A stretch of 64,000 bases of DNA from an uncultured Gammaproteobacteria bacterium (lineage in GTDB: Bacteria; Patescibacteriota; Patescibacteriia; Magasanikbacterales; GWA2-37-8). Both the position numbers and the translations under genes were made by a program. The notes under the pieces are model-generated. The model did not search any database. It was not told where the DNA came from and saw only the letters and a program-made list of their open reading frames with translations. Positions 46,655-57,221 of this stretch are shown piece by piece (positions within the stretch are counted from its first letter, which is position 1; each line of letters starts with the position of its first letter). Where the stretch lies: positions 3,248 to 67,247 of the forward strand of contig CAYUHX010000003.1 in the NCBI GenBank assembly GCA_964444705.1, given 5' to 3'.

Positions 46655-48874
46655 CTATTCCTGAGCAACCACTTCCTTTTTAAACCCACACTCTTTATCA
46701 CTACATTTTACCACATCTTTGCCGCCGAAGACGAGTAGTTTTGCGCACGTGGGGCACACTTCTCCTGTCGGCCTTTCCCACAATGCGAAATCACACGCTG
46801 GATAGCGATTGCACGAAAAAAATATTTTGCCGCGCTTACTCTTTTTCTGAATAAGGTCACCTTCTTTACAGGTGGGGCATTTCACATTCACTTTTATTTC
46901 GATCGCCTTAATATTTTTACAGGTTGGATAATTGCTGCACCCTAAGAATGGTCCAAAACGCCCGCGCTTAACCTGAAACGGTGAACCACATTTTTCACAC
47001 ACTTCACTACTAAGCTCGACTGGCATTATTTCTTTTGCTTCATCACCAAACGGTTTGGTGGTTTTGCATTCTGGATAACCAGTGCAGGCGAGAAACTTAC
47101 CAAATCGACCGCGCTTAATCACCATGGGTTTTCCACATTTTTCACATACTTCATCGGTCGCTTCTTCGGTAAGCGCTTTTTTGTTAAGCTCTTTATCTTT
47201 TATGTCTAAATTTTCTTTAAACGGATGATAAAATGCCGCAATCACTGGCTGCCATTTTTTTGCGCCTTCAGCGATCGCATCTAAGTCTTCTTCCATTTGG
47301 GCAGTAAATTGAAAATCAACTATCTGCGGAAAATGCGAGACGAGCAAATCATTCACCACGAGTGCAATTTCAAGCGGTTTAAGTTTTTTCTTTTCGTCAC
47401 GTTCTACATAACCACGATCTTCAATCGTTGCAATGGTTGGAGCGAATGTAGACGGACGCCCAATGCCATATTCCTCAAGCGCTTTCACCAAGGTGGCGTC
47501 GCTATAGCGGGCGGGTGGTTCAGTAAAATGCTGTTCGGGCGTGAGATTGGCACAATGCACTACGTCACGCTCACGCATTATAGGCAATGTATTTTCTTTT
47601 GTTTTTTCAGGAAAAAGTGTTAACCAACCTTCGAACACAACTGTTTGCCCAGTGGCGTGAAAACCATACTCATTACTACTCACCACATCAATCGAGGCGG
47701 CATTAAGCTCGGCATCAGCCATTTGCGTGGCTACTGCTCGTTTCCAAATAAGAGTATACAATCGCAATTGGTTTTTTTCTAAAAAAGGCGCCACCGATTC
47801 TGGAGTGCGACTCACCTCGGTTGGACGAATGGCTTCATGAGCTTCTTGGGCATTTTTAGCTTTGGTTTTAAAGTGTCGAGGTGACCCCACCGCATAACGA
47901 TCACCATAATCGCGACGAATTACCTCGGCCGCCTCAGCGACAAATTTTTCCGATAAATTCACCGCATCAGTACGCATGTAGGTAATAAGACCAACAGAAC
48001 CTTCTGTGCCAAGCTCTGTGCCTTCATACAGCTGCTGCGCAAGACGCATGGTTTGTTTGGCGGAGAAACCAAGGCTGTTGTTCGCTTCTTGCTGCAAAGA
48101 TGAAGTGGTAAACGGTGCGGCCGGTGCACGACGGGTGGCTTTTTCTTCCACGGCGCTCACGGTGTAGGTGACGCCGGTGAGTTCTTTTAAAATATCATCA
48201 ACCTGTTCTTTGTTTTTTAAATCAAGCTTATCAAGCTTTGTACCCTTGATTGAATTCAGTTTGGCAACAAATGAGTACTCTTTGGTAAATTCTGCTTCGA
48301 TGGTCCAATATTCATCGGCTTTAAAAGCCAGAATTTCACGCTCACGCTCGACCACGAGGCGCACTGCCACTGATTGCACACGACCGGCCGAAAGACCGCG
48401 CGCAATTTTGCGCCACAAAAAAGGTGATAAATTATACCCCACCAAACGATCAAGCACACGGCGCGCCTGCTGCGCATCCACCAAATTCAAATCAAGATGA
48501 CGAGGGTTTTCAATCGCATGCAAAATCGCTGGTTTGGTAATCTCATGAAAAGTAATGCGTTCAGCTTTTTCAGGGGCAATGTCTAAAATATGAGCAAGAT
48601 GGAATGAAATTGCTTCTCCCTCACGGTCTTCATCAGTTGCAAATAGCACGGTGTCTGATTTAGAAGCAGCCTCTTTGAGCTCTTTCACCACTTTTGCTTT
48701 GTCGCGGCTAACGAGATATTGCGGCTCAAAATTTTTCTCCACATCAACGCCGAGTTTACTTTTCGGTAAATCCCGCACATGACCAAAAGAAGACAAGACA
48801 CGATAGTTTTTGCTTAAAAATTTGGTGATTGTCTTAGCTTTAGTTGGCGACTCAACAATAACGAGAGTTTTCAT
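46655..48874 (-). CDS. topA: DNA topoisomerase I
   Basis: TOPRIM N-terminus (MKTLVIVESPTKAKTI), catalytic Tyr domain and C-terminal C4 zinc-ribbon repeats. Confidence 0.95.
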   Translation of the reverse strand: MKTLVIVESPTKAKTITKFLSKNYRVLSSFGHVRDLPKSKLGVDVEKNFEPQYLVSRDKAKVVKELKEAASKSDTVLFATDEDREGEAISFHLAHILDIAPEKAERITFHEITKPAILHAIENPRHLDLNLVDAQQARRVLDRLVGYNLSPFLWRKIARGLSAGRVQSVAVRLVVEREREILAFKADEYWTIEAEFTKEYSFVAKLNSIKGTKLDKLDLKNKEQVDDILKELTGVTYTVSAVEEKATRRAPAAPFTTSSLQQEANNSLGFSAKQTMRLAQQLYEGTELGTEGSVGLITYMRTDAVNLSEKFVAEAAEVIRRDYGDRYAVGSPRHFKTKAKNAQEAHEAIRPTEVSRTPESVAPFLEKNQLRLYTLIWKRAVATQMADAELNAASIDVVSSNEYGFHATGQTVVFEGWLTLFPEKTKENTLPIMRERDVVHCANLTPEQHFTEPPARYSDATLVKALEEYGIGRPSTFAPTIATIEDRGYVERDEKKKLKPLEIALVVNDLLVSHFPQIVDFQFTAQMEEDLDAIAEGAKKWQPVIAAFYHPFKENLDIKDKELNKKALTEEATDEVCEKCGKPMVIKRGRFGKFLACTGYPECKTTKPFGDEAKEIMPVELSSEVCEKCGSPFQVKRGRFGPFLGCSNYPTCKNIKAIEIKVNVKCPTCKEGDLIQKKSKRGKIFFSCNRYPACDFALWERPTGEVCPTCAKLLVFGGKDVVKCSDKECGFKKEVVAQE

Positions 48875-48983
48875 AGAAAAAACAAAAAACCGAGCTGAGG
48901 TGTAAGAGAAAGGGTAGTTTATTTACACCCGAGTGTCAAATGTGTCTTTTTTTTTAATCAAAAAGAGACTTTGTTACTTTTGA

Positions 48984-49012
48984 TTGACAAAATGCCCTTT
49001 TTATGGTACTAT
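48984..49012 (+). promoter_or_regulatory. sigma70 promoter upstream of the 49053 ORF
   Basis: TTGACA, a 17-nt spacer, then TGgTACTAT; a 7-bp inverted repeat CTAAATT...AATTTAG lies between the promoter and the ATG. Confidence 0.4.
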
Positions 49013-49052
49013 ATAACTAGTTTTTATCTAAATTAAGCTAAATTTAGATTGT

Positions 49053-49667
49053 ATGACTTCAGTAAGCCAGCCACCACGAGAACCTCGGCCAAGACGAACA
49101 GCACTAATGCCTGGCAGAAGACCGCCTATAAATTTTACTGCCCTTGATGCGGCGCAATCCGAGGCCGCGCCTCAAATAATAGTAGCTGAATCTTTTGACA
49201 CTGAAACTCGAATTAATGCAATTAAATTTAACCTTTTACTCCAGCATCCTGATTTAAAAATCTTGCTTGATCTTTCAGACAAACGCTACGAAGCTGCACT
49301 TAAAACTTTAGTGGCATTTCAAAAAATTATTGCCACTGACTTACAAAAAATTAAAGCTGCACGCCAGGAAATACGCACCTACAACGCACATTATTTCGAC
49401 ACAACTCAAGCGGAGGCCAGAGCTACACTACAAGAAAAATTCAATTTTATTATTAATGAACTAACCACAGCATTGCGACGCGAAGAAAGAATTAAAAATA
49501 CTGACGAAACGAAAGAAGCACGTCCTAACCAGGTAACATTAGATTATACTGTTCCTCAAAGAAAAGGCGAGGATAAAACGCGTCCACGTCGCGAGACGAT
49601 TACTCTCAGCGAACAAGATCATCAACTGATGATTAACATCATCAAAGGAGCATCTGGCCCAAAATAA
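49053..49667 (+). CDS. hypothetical protein
   Basis: 204-aa ORF with charged helical composition and no recognisable motifs. Confidence 0.4.
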   Translation: MTSVSQPPREPRPRRTALMPGRRPPINFTALDAAQSEAAPQIIVAESFDTETRINAIKFNLLLQHPDLKILLDLSDKRYEAALKTLVAFQKIIATDLQKIKAARQEIRTYNAHYFDTTQAEARATLQEKFNFIINELTTALRREERIKNTDETKEARPNQVTLDYTVPQRKGEDKTRPRRETITLSEQDHQLMINIIKGASGPK

Positions 49668-49710
49668 AATCCACTCAATAAAATAGACCGTTTTAATTAA
49701 ACGGTCTATT

Positions 49711-50793
49711 TTATTTTCTCACATATTTCATGCCGCCTACATTTTTCACCTGCTGTTTGAGTTCAAGCAGCATAAGCGTGCTGTTGACGGTGGTGCTGTC
49801 GAGGCGGGTAAATTTGGTGAGTTCGTCGATATGCACTGGTTCAGTACTTAAGGCCGAGAGAAGCAATTCTTCGGTGGGAGAACAATTAAACGGTGTAGTT
49901 TTCGCTACTTCTTTTTGAGTAGTATGAAGGTGGAGCGCTTCTAAAATATCTTCAGCCTTAGTGACGAGTAGCGCTCCTTTTTTAAGGAGATTATTATTGC
50001 CCACGCCGGAGAGCGAGGTGATAGGATGTGGCACTGCACAGACTTCACGGTTATAATCAAGTGCTGCGCGAGCCGTGATGAGTGCGCCAGATTCTTCTGG
50101 AGCTTCTATCACCAAGGTTCCTAAAGTGAGACCGGCGATGATGCGATTGCGCGCGGGAAAAGAGTATTGTGTCGGTGCAAAATCAGGCGGATATTCAGAC
50201 ACAAGCGCCCCACCTTCAGAAGCGATGCGTTCGGCCAGCGATTCGTGCTCCCGCGGATAGACACTTTTTTTTGCATTACCACTCCCAAGCACGGCAATAG
50301 TGCGTCCCTGGCAACGTAGAGTAGTTTCGTGCGCCAATCCATCAATGCCAAGTGCGAGGCCACTCACAATGGTAATTCCCTGACTCACAAGTTCAGTCAC
50401 CAATTGCTCGGTAATTTGTTTTCCATAACTCGTGGCGCGACGCGTACCCACTACGGCAAGTGGCGAAGAAGTGCACAACACCGAAAGATCACCCCGAACG
50501 AATATTGTTTGTGGTGGATCAGAAATTTCTGCAAGTAATCGCGGATAACGGGCGTCACCCCACGAAATAACGGTAATATTTTCTTTACGTAGTCGCTCTA
50601 AAATTTTTTCTGGATCGGTTTGATCACGCCAACGCACAAATTCATCAGCAATGGCTGGTTCAAACCCAGACTCTACCAACTCACCCAATTCTCCCTGCCA
50701 CATTTTTTCGGAAGTACCCATTTTCGTCAACGCTTTTTTGTAGCGATGATAGGTCATTTTAGGAAAATGGGCGATGACCGCGGCGTAATCCAT
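49711..50793 (-). CDS. dprA: DNA processing protein DprA (Smf)
   Basis: Rossmann-like DprA core (GLALGIDGLAHETTL...GTLVIEAPEESGALITA); start taken at the internal ATG to avoid overlap with pth. Confidence 0.85.
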   Translation of the reverse strand: MDYAAVIAHFPKMTYHRYKKALTKMGTSEKMWQGELGELVESGFEPAIADEFVRWRDQTDPEKILERLRKENITVISWGDARYPRLLAEISDPPQTIFVRGDLSVLCTSSPLAVVGTRRATSYGKQITEQLVTELVSQGITIVSGLALGIDGLAHETTLRCQGRTIAVLGSGNAKKSVYPREHESLAERIASEGGALVSEYPPDFAPTQYSFPARNRIIAGLTLGTLVIEAPEESGALITARAALDYNREVCAVPHPITSLSGVGNNNLLKKGALLVTKAEDILEALHLHTTQKEVAKTTPFNCSPTEELLLSALSTEPVHIDELTKFTRLDSTTVNSTLMLLELKQQVKNVGGMKYVRK

Positions 50794-50800
50794 ACAACGA

Positions 50801-51337
50801 CTACTGAAGAATAAACCGTGCCACTTCAGCCAACACATGACCGACGGTGGAATGAAGTAGACGCTCTTCTTCGGGAGTAAATTTTCCTAACACAAAACCA
50901 GCGGTATCTTTAATATCTTCCGGACGCTCGGGAGCAACACCCACGCGTATACGCATAAAATCTTGCGTACCAAGTTCTTCTATAATTGAACGCACGCCAT
51001 TATGCCCGGCCGGACCACGATTGGACTGTATTCGATAGGTACCAAGCGGAATATCTTTTTCATCATGAATGACGAGAAGTTCGGCGGGAGTGAGTTTGTA
51101 AAAGGCCAATGCGTCTCGCACCGCTCGACCAGAATTGTTCATGAACGTGGTGGGTTTTAAGAGCAGCGCTCTTTTTTGTTGCACCAGTACACGACTTACC
51201 TCAGCGGCTAATTTATGTTCTCGACTCCAGACGCCATGCTCCTCAGCGCTCAATGCATCAACCACTACAAAACCTGCGTTGTGGCGCGTGCGCTCATATT
51301 CTTTTCCCGGGTTCCCAAGACCAACGATCAATTTCAT
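50801..51337 (-). CDS. pth: peptidyl-tRNA hydrolase
   Basis: MKLIVGLGNPGKEYERTRHNAGF signature. Confidence 0.9.
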   Translation of the reverse strand: MKLIVGLGNPGKEYERTRHNAGFVVVDALSAEEHGVWSREHKLAAEVSRVLVQQKRALLLKPTTFMNNSGRAVRDALAFYKLTPAELLVIHDEKDIPLGTYRIQSNRGPAGHNGVRSIIEELGTQDFMRIRVGVAPERPEDIKDTAGFVLGKFTPEEERLLHSTVGHVLAEVARFILQ

Positions 51338-51368
51338 ACCACTTAAAATAATAGTGTGAAGGCGCGTG

Positions 51369-52748
51369 CTAACGAGCAATTTTGGTGAGTTTGATGATAA
51401 TCGGCGCTGCATAAAAACCGAATTCTTCGCGCAGACGATTTTCTAGATAGTGCACGTACGAAAAATGCAGCGATGTTTTAAATTTGATAAACAATTCAAA
51501 AATAGGTGGGCCCGCATTGATCTGAATGAAGTCGGTGATTTGTGGATGTCGCACACCTTTACCGCGAGCAGGTCGATGCTTCTTCACCACACGCTGAATA
51601 AAGGCACGCAAAATTTCAGGATCAATCGTGGTAAGACGTTCTTTGGCTGCCTGCGCAATAGCCGGAAAAATATCGTGCACACGGTAACTGGTTTTGGCGC
51701 TGACAAATACAATCGGCGCAAAATCAAGATGGGGAAATTTAGAATAAATCATTTTTTTGGTTTCGTTGCGTGATTCATCGCTGTTGTCTTCAGCTTGATC
51801 CCATTTATTCACCACCAAAATAACACTGCGTGAATGTTCGCGAAGAAGTCCGGCTAGTTGTTGATCTTGATCAGTGATTGGTTCAGTGGCATCAAGAATA
51901 AGAAGCACAATGTCGGCGCGATCAATGGATTGTATGCTTTTGTTAATACCAATTTTCTCGAGCTCGCCAGCAACTTTGGTTTTGCGCCGAATACCCGCAG
52001 TGTCGATAAATAACAATGGGCCATATTCTGCGGTGTCGACTAGTGTGTCATGAGGCTCGCGCGTAGTGTGCGCGACAGGGCTCACAATCACCCGTTCTTC
52101 CCCGATAAGTTTATTAAATAATGATGATTTGCCCACATTCGGACGACCCATTAGCGCTATCTTTACAGGTTCAATTTCTTTTTTTAAACGAGGTGTTCGC
52201 TTCAGTGTTTTAAACAACGCATACACACGATCGAGTAAATCACCAAGATTGTTGCCACTGGCCGCACTGACCGGAAATGGTGTACCCAGATTAAGCGCTA
52301 ACCATTCACGATTGTGCACCTCATCTTTAAGACGTGCTGAATCGGTCTTGTTGGCAATGAGTAAAATTGGTTTGTGTGGAACTTTGCTTTTGAGCAAACG
52401 CACTAATTCTTTTTCTTGCGGCAATAAACCAGTCTGAATATCAACCACCATCACCACCACATCTGCCTCTTTAAGCGCGATTTCGGTTTGTGAAATAATT
52501 TCTTTTTCGAGCGGCACTTCTTCAGAAAATGTTAAACCACCAGTATCAATAAGACGAAACTGTTTACCGCGCCAAACTGGATATCCTACATTACGCGTAC
52601 GCGTGGTGCCTGCAATGTCTGACACCAAGGCATGATTAGTTTCGGTCAAACGATTGAAAAGAGTTGATTTACCAACATTCACTCGCCCTACCAATACCAC
52701 CGTCGGTAAGTCGTGATCAATGATTGAAGCGGGAGTGGCCATAGACAA
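51369..52748 (-). CDS. der: ribosome biogenesis GTPase Der (EngA)
   Basis: Two tandem GTPase domains (GRVNVGKSTLFNRL and GRPNVGKSSLFNKL) plus a KH-like C-terminus. Confidence 0.95.
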   Translation of the reverse strand: MSMATPASIIDHDLPTVVLVGRVNVGKSTLFNRLTETNHALVSDIAGTTRTRNVGYPVWRGKQFRLIDTGGLTFSEEVPLEKEIISQTEIALKEADVVVMVVDIQTGLLPQEKELVRLLKSKVPHKPILLIANKTDSARLKDEVHNREWLALNLGTPFPVSAASGNNLGDLLDRVYALFKTLKRTPRLKKEIEPVKIALMGRPNVGKSSLFNKLIGEERVIVSPVAHTTREPHDTLVDTAEYGPLLFIDTAGIRRKTKVAGELEKIGINKSIQSIDRADIVLLILDATEPITDQDQQLAGLLREHSRSVILVVNKWDQAEDNSDESRNETKKMIYSKFPHLDFAPIVFVSAKTSYRVHDIFPAIAQAAKERLTTIDPEILRAFIQRVVKKHRPARGKGVRHPQITDFIQINAGPPIFELFIKFKTSLHFSYVHYLENRLREEFGFYAAPIIIKLTKIAR

Positions 52749-52767
52749 TAGTTAACAACTAAAAAAT

Positions 52768-54276
52768 TTAAAGAGAAAAATCAGTGCCGAGCAAAATAAG
52801 CACATCAGGTTTTTGATTTGAGGGAGAAATGATTTCTACCCATTCTGGTACTTCAGTGGTAAATTCGGCTTTTACTATTTGTCTCACCCCAGTGAAAAGC
52901 TCGGGCGAAAGAGCGTGATTTAATACAAAAATAGTCGTGGTGGCAAAAGGTCTTTTTTGACTATTCCCCACCGAACCAACTTCAAATCCTTTTTCCACAA
53001 ACTTGCTTTCGAGACGACGAGCCAACCCCGCCTTCCAGGTTCCATTTTGAATCTCAATAATTGGCCCATGCGTGGTGGTTGTCACCCCATTAGACGAAAG
53101 ACTGCTTAGGGCTGGAATATTCTCTGTGGGTGCACGCGGCGTTACAGCAGCTGTTTCGATGACGTCATTTTTTTCAAACACATTTGCAATAGCCTGATTA
53201 ATCGCGTTGAAATTACCGGTGCGTGGCGACAAAATATACGCACCTGCAACACCTGTGCCTGGCACCAAATATCCTCCCACACTATCATCAAACACCAAAT
53301 GCTTCATCGCATTGATGTCTTTACCCATCCCTCCCAAATACAACATTTGCTCTAGTGAAAGATTGGTAACAAGATGATTTGAAAGAATAGTAAGAATTTT
53401 TTTAATGCGGACGGGATTCGCAATCGTTCCCGCAGAAAGCAATTTTTCTTTCAAAGCAACAAGCACTAATTGTTGACGACGAGCACGCGCAAAATCAGAT
53501 CCCTCACCATTATTACCATGGCGACTCCGCGCAAAGGTTAATGCCCGCTCTCCATTCATGGTTTCCACGCCTTGGGTAAAATTCACTGTGCGATAGCTGT
53601 AATTAGGTCCTGGAAATTGCGTGTCTAAAAAGCTTTTTGGAACATTGATAGTGACACCACCAACTTCATCAATAATTTCTTGAAAGGCTTTAAAATCAAT
53701 TCGTACATAATACGGAATGGTGAGTGCAAATGTTTTTTCAAATAATTTCTGACTGAATTCAGCGCCATTACCAGGACTTTTTGCCTCACCAATAGCATCA
53801 GCACTATTAATTTTTCGCCAACCAAACCCCTCTATATTTACCCCCAAATCACGGGGAATAGAAATCATGGCCACTTCTTTTGTGCTCGGTTTAAGGCTTA
53901 AAATTAAATTAGTATCGCTTAAAAATGGACCATCTTGCCCCGGCCCACCAATTCCAAGAACAAGTACATTAACTCGATCTTCTTTCTCTCCTTGCAGATC
54001 AACTACCGGTGCGATGAGAAAATTTTTAACAGACTGAAAAATACTCCATCGTTGTGGAGTAAGGATCCGACCATTGTGCACACCTTCTAGACCTGTTTCA
54101 TGCGCAGACACGACGCTATACACGCTGTATACTAAAATACACACGCTTACCACGCCTATCCACCATTCCCACCATTTTCGACGGTTGGGAGATTCAGGAG
54201 ATAGCGGCTGACCGCTTGGCCGGAGAAAATTAGTTGAATGAGTTGATTGAGGCAACATGGGGGGAGCATACCACAA
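52768..54276 (-). CDS. LytR-CpsA-Psr (LCP) family cell-envelope phosphotransferase
   Basis: N-terminal TM, LCP core (VLVLGIGGPGQDGPFLSDTNLILSL...ISIPRDL) and a C-terminal LytR_C-like domain. Confidence 0.8.
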   Translation of the reverse strand: MWYAPPMLPQSTHSTNFLRPSGQPLSPESPNRRKWWEWWIGVVSVCILVYSVYSVVSAHETGLEGVHNGRILTPQRWSIFQSVKNFLIAPVVDLQGEKEDRVNVLVLGIGGPGQDGPFLSDTNLILSLKPSTKEVAMISIPRDLGVNIEGFGWRKINSADAIGEAKSPGNGAEFSQKLFEKTFALTIPYYVRIDFKAFQEIIDEVGGVTINVPKSFLDTQFPGPNYSYRTVNFTQGVETMNGERALTFARSRHGNNGEGSDFARARRQQLVLVALKEKLLSAGTIANPVRIKKILTILSNHLVTNLSLEQMLYLGGMGKDINAMKHLVFDDSVGGYLVPGTGVAGAYILSPRTGNFNAINQAIANVFEKNDVIETAAVTPRAPTENIPALSSLSSNGVTTTTHGPIIEIQNGTWKAGLARRLESKFVEKGFEVGSVGNSQKRPFATTTIFVLNHALSPELFTGVRQIVKAEFTTEVPEWVEIISPSNQKPDVLILLGTDFSL

Positions 54277-54391
54277 GAAGCAGCTTATTTCAACGCCTAC
54301 AACCAGACTTCCCTTGAACGGTAGAAGAGAGATATGCTATAGTGTATTCACCTAAATTAGGTGGGCCTTACTTTGTTTCCGATCAAGAAAA

Positions 54392-54468
54392 GGGTGTTTA
54401 GCTCAGTTGGTTAGAGCGTTGCATTCACATTGCAAAGGTCGCAGGTTCGAATCCTGCAATACCCACCA
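54392..54468 (+). tRNA. tRNA-Val (anticodon CAC), CCA encoded
   Basis: Cloverleaf GGGTGTT/AATACCC, D-arm GCTCAGTTGGTTAGAGC, anticodon loop TTCACAT and T-loop TTCGAAT. Confidence 0.85.
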
Positions 54469-54491
54469 CTTCACTTGGTTTTTTTCTTCTT

Positions 54492-54998
54492 ATGCCCAAA
54501 GATCTCATCATTGAAGACGCCCCTATCGGTGACGTGCAATATGAATGGGTTTTTAATGAGTATACCCAATTTGAACGCAGCCGCCGATGGTATATCGTCA
54601 TGGGTATTTTTGGTACACTTCTCGTGGCAACCGGTGTTCTTACGGGCAATTACATGTTTGCTTTCATCATCATTTTGGCTGGTGTGATTCTTTTCTTGCA
54701 AGAAATGCAAACTCCCCCCGAAGTATACTTTGCCATTACAACTACCGGCATCATCCTCGGCACCAAATTCTTTCGCTATCGCGAACTCGACCGTTTTTGG
54801 ATTCTCTACACCTCTGAAGAAGTACGTAGCCTTTATTTTATCCTGAACAATAATTTAAAAAATCGCCTGCAAATTCCTCTACTCGACTATGATCCGGCCC
54901 CAATTCGTGATTTCCTCAAACAATATGTTCTTGAAGATTTAGACGAAGAGGACGAACCATTGTCTGAACGTTTTTCTCGCGCCATGCGCTTACAATAG
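54492..54998 (+). CDS. hypothetical membrane protein
   Basis: 168-aa ORF with 2-3 TM helices, lying between two tRNA genes. Confidence 0.45.
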   Translation: MPKDLIIEDAPIGDVQYEWVFNEYTQFERSRRWYIVMGIFGTLLVATGVLTGNYMFAFIIILAGVILFLQEMQTPPEVYFAITTTGIILGTKFFRYRELDRFWILYTSEEVRSLYFILNNNLKNRLQIPLLDYDPAPIRDFLKQYVLEDLDEEDEPLSERFSRAMRLQ

Positions 54999-55095
54999 GC
55001 ATTTTTTGACACACTTTCCCCTACCCAAGTCGGCACATCCCTGCCGGCTTGATTTTTGTTTAGTGCTTTGGTATAGTGCTACCGTTATCGTTCAC

Positions 55096-55170
55096 GCACC
55101 CGTCGTTCAATGGATAGGACATTGGCCTGCGAAGCCGAAAATTTAGGTTCGACTCCTAACGGGTGCACCA
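55096..55170 (+). tRNA. tRNA-Arg (anticodon GCG), CCA encoded
   Basis: Acceptor GCACCCG/CGGGTGC, anticodon stem TTGGC/GCCGA with loop CTGCGAA, and T-loop TTCGACT. Confidence 0.65.
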
Positions 55171-55174
55171 ACAA

Positions 55175-55203
55175 AATAACAGCTCAATGAGCTGTTATTT
55201 TTA
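55175..55203. terminator. hairpin terminator after tRNA-Arg
   Basis: 11-bp inverted repeat AATAACAGCTC...GAGCTGTTATT followed by T-rich sequence. Confidence 0.55.
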
Positions 55204-55213
55204 TACGACGTTT

Positions 55214-56047
55214 TTAAAAAAGCGGCTTTCTATTTGGCGACAGCTCTACAGTTGGTGCATTGCTAAAACCTGTGTATATATTATCGTCGTGAGTAGGTGA
55301 AGCAGGCAATGGTTCGGGTTCACTTTTTTCAACATCATCTTCTAAGGGTTCTTCGCCCTCAAATATTTCCTCTTCAGGTTCTCGAGTAGAAATTTTCTTT
55401 GCGTCATTGGCTGTTACAGTTTCCCCCTCTTTAATATCAAAATAAACGCTGAGCGGTTTATTTTTTTCTCTTCTCACTGCTCGCCCGGCATCCTTATTTG
55501 TATACAACCGCCAGTCAAACTTATGCAGCATATCAGGCTCAATCTTTGACATCTCTTCACTGCTAAATGGCACCGCAAGCTTAGTACCTAATTCCATAGC
55601 CCAATGCTCTGCATCTTCTTCTTTGAATTTAAAATCTTCACTCTCAACCAGATGGTCCCGAATAGCCACCACTGATGGCAAGCGAAAAAGAATTGGTCCG
55701 TGGCGAGTGATAGCGGCTTGACTAAAACAGGCTGGATCAAGCCCGCTTAGAAAACTTTTAAATTGCTTATACGTTATTGCTCCAGTCAATTTTTCCATTT
55801 CTAAGGCCTTTTTTGCCGCCAACTCACCCGGAAGTCCAAGCTCTTCTAATCGCTTCTCAAGCGCAGCCGTTGTTTTTAACTGAAACAACTCAGCTGCATA
55901 ATAATCAATTACCTTGGAAGGGAAAATTTTTTTATCAATTAAAAATTGTTTAAACCGCGCAAAAGAAATTTTCACCTCAGGTGGAAGTGGTGGCGGAAGA
56001 GCATCAGGTCTTTGAAGTAATTGTGGTTGTTCTTTTCTTTTTTGCAT
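55214..56047 (-). CDS. hypothetical protein
   Basis: A long ORF whose start is taken at the internal ATG (MQKRKEQ); acidic C-terminus and no recognisable motifs. Confidence 0.45.
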   Translation of the reverse strand: MQKRKEQPQLLQRPDALPPPLPPEVKISFARFKQFLIDKKIFPSKVIDYYAAELFQLKTTAALEKRLEELGLPGELAAKKALEMEKLTGAITYKQFKSFLSGLDPACFSQAAITRHGPILFRLPSVVAIRDHLVESEDFKFKEEDAEHWAMELGTKLAVPFSSEEMSKIEPDMLHKFDWRLYTNKDAGRAVRREKNKPLSVYFDIKEGETVTANDAKKISTREPEEEIFEGEEPLEDDVEKSEPEPLPASPTHDDNIYTGFSNAPTVELSPNRKPLF

Positions 56048-56128
56048 AGAAAAATGGTGTGCACAATGTTTTATCTCTTCAGAGATTATAGTATAGTACA
56101 AAATCATTACAATTTCTAATGATTAATT

Positions 56129-56374
56129 ATGACTACCCCACATAAAACTATTCAAGTTGGTGACATCTACGAACATTACAAACGCCCACATCGCTATGAA
56201 ATAGTGGCCATTGCCCACGACCACGAGTCGCTAGCTGAAGTGGTGGTGTATAAAGGATTATATACCCACCCCGAGCTGGGCGAAAATGCATTGTGGGTGC
56301 GGCCAAAAACGATGTTTTTAGAAGAGGTAGAATTTGAAGGAAAAAAAATGCAGCGATTTAAAAGAATTGGCTAA
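56129..56374 (+). CDS. small DUF1653-like protein
   Basis: 81-aa ORF following the pattern YEHYKRPHRYEIVAIAHDHESLAEVVVYKGLYTHPELGENALWVRP typical of DUF1653 proteins. Confidence 0.45.
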   Translation: MTTPHKTIQVGDIYEHYKRPHRYEIVAIAHDHESLAEVVVYKGLYTHPELGENALWVRPKTMFLEEVEFEGKKMQRFKRIG

Positions 56375-56390
56375 AAAATTACCTTTAAAA

Positions 56391-56419
56391 AACTCACCTG
56401 GATTTCAAGTGAGTTTTTT
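56391..56419. terminator. hairpin terminator after the DUF1653 gene
   Basis: AACTCAC...GTGAGTT stem flanked by an A-run and T6. Confidence 0.5.
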
Positions 56420-56633
56420 ATTGCGCAACCATTTAGCATCACTCAATTCAATCACTTCTCGTCGAAGAAAAAATTCTCCCTTTGGCTCGGATAAAGATTC
56501 CGGACAAAAGGGCGAACGACGAGGGGTGGCGGAAGAACAATGCGGCGGCGCCCCCAGCAGTGCGATGCTGCTGGCCGGAGGCGCGACTGCGCGCTGAGTT
56601 GGGATGGTCCAGAGTCCGCGCCGTGCCCGTGGG

Positions 56634-57221
56634 TTACGGGGTGGGGGCGGCCGGCGCCACCTGCTGCGCGATGATCCAGTCCACCGTCAAGAAACTGCCG
56701 CCACCGCGCTTCAGGATGGGCGCGTACTTATCATAGTACGCCTGCGTGATACGCACCGCGGCCTGCCCCCCCAGCTGCACGTAGGTCGGGGACGGCCAGA
56801 GGGTCGGATACTCGGAGGGCGAAAGGTAGCTGTCGCACGTCTGGCCGACCATCCCGAACTTCGCGCAGGGGGCGGGTCCGTGGGCGGTGACCTGGACCAG
56901 GAAGACGGTGGACGAACTGAGAGGGAAGCTGGCCTTGTCCGACGGCGTGAAGTAGCAGGCGGTGACCGACGTCGTCCGCTGCTCATTCAGCCCCTTCGCC
57001 TCGTACTGGCAGGACCACTCGCCGTCCTTGGTGGGGCCGGGGGTGACGATGAACTGGACCAGGCCATCGTACTGCTGCAGAGAGGGGGGGAAGACGAAGT
57101 CGAACTCGTATGGGGTGACGACGTCGCCCTTTCCACCGCAGCCGGCGCTACCCATGGCGAGGGCCAGGGCGATGCCGAGGACGAAGGAACGACCCTTGTT
57201 CTGATTCTTGCTGTCACGCAT
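56634..57221 (-). CDS. putative lipoprotein (high-GC island 4)
   Basis: ~65% GC, SD AGGAGA with the ATG at 57221, a signal peptide plus a Cys after ...LAMGSAGC, and several further Cys. Confidence 0.55.
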   Translation of the reverse strand: MRDSKNQNKGRSFVLGIALALAMGSAGCGGKGDVVTPYEFDFVFPPSLQQYDGLVQFIVTPGPTKDGEWSCQYEAKGLNEQRTTSVTACYFTPSDKASFPLSSSTVFLVQVTAHGPAPCAKFGMVGQTCDSYLSPSEYPTLWPSPTYVQLGGQAAVRITQAYYDKYAPILKRGGGSFLTVDWIIAQQVAPAAPTP

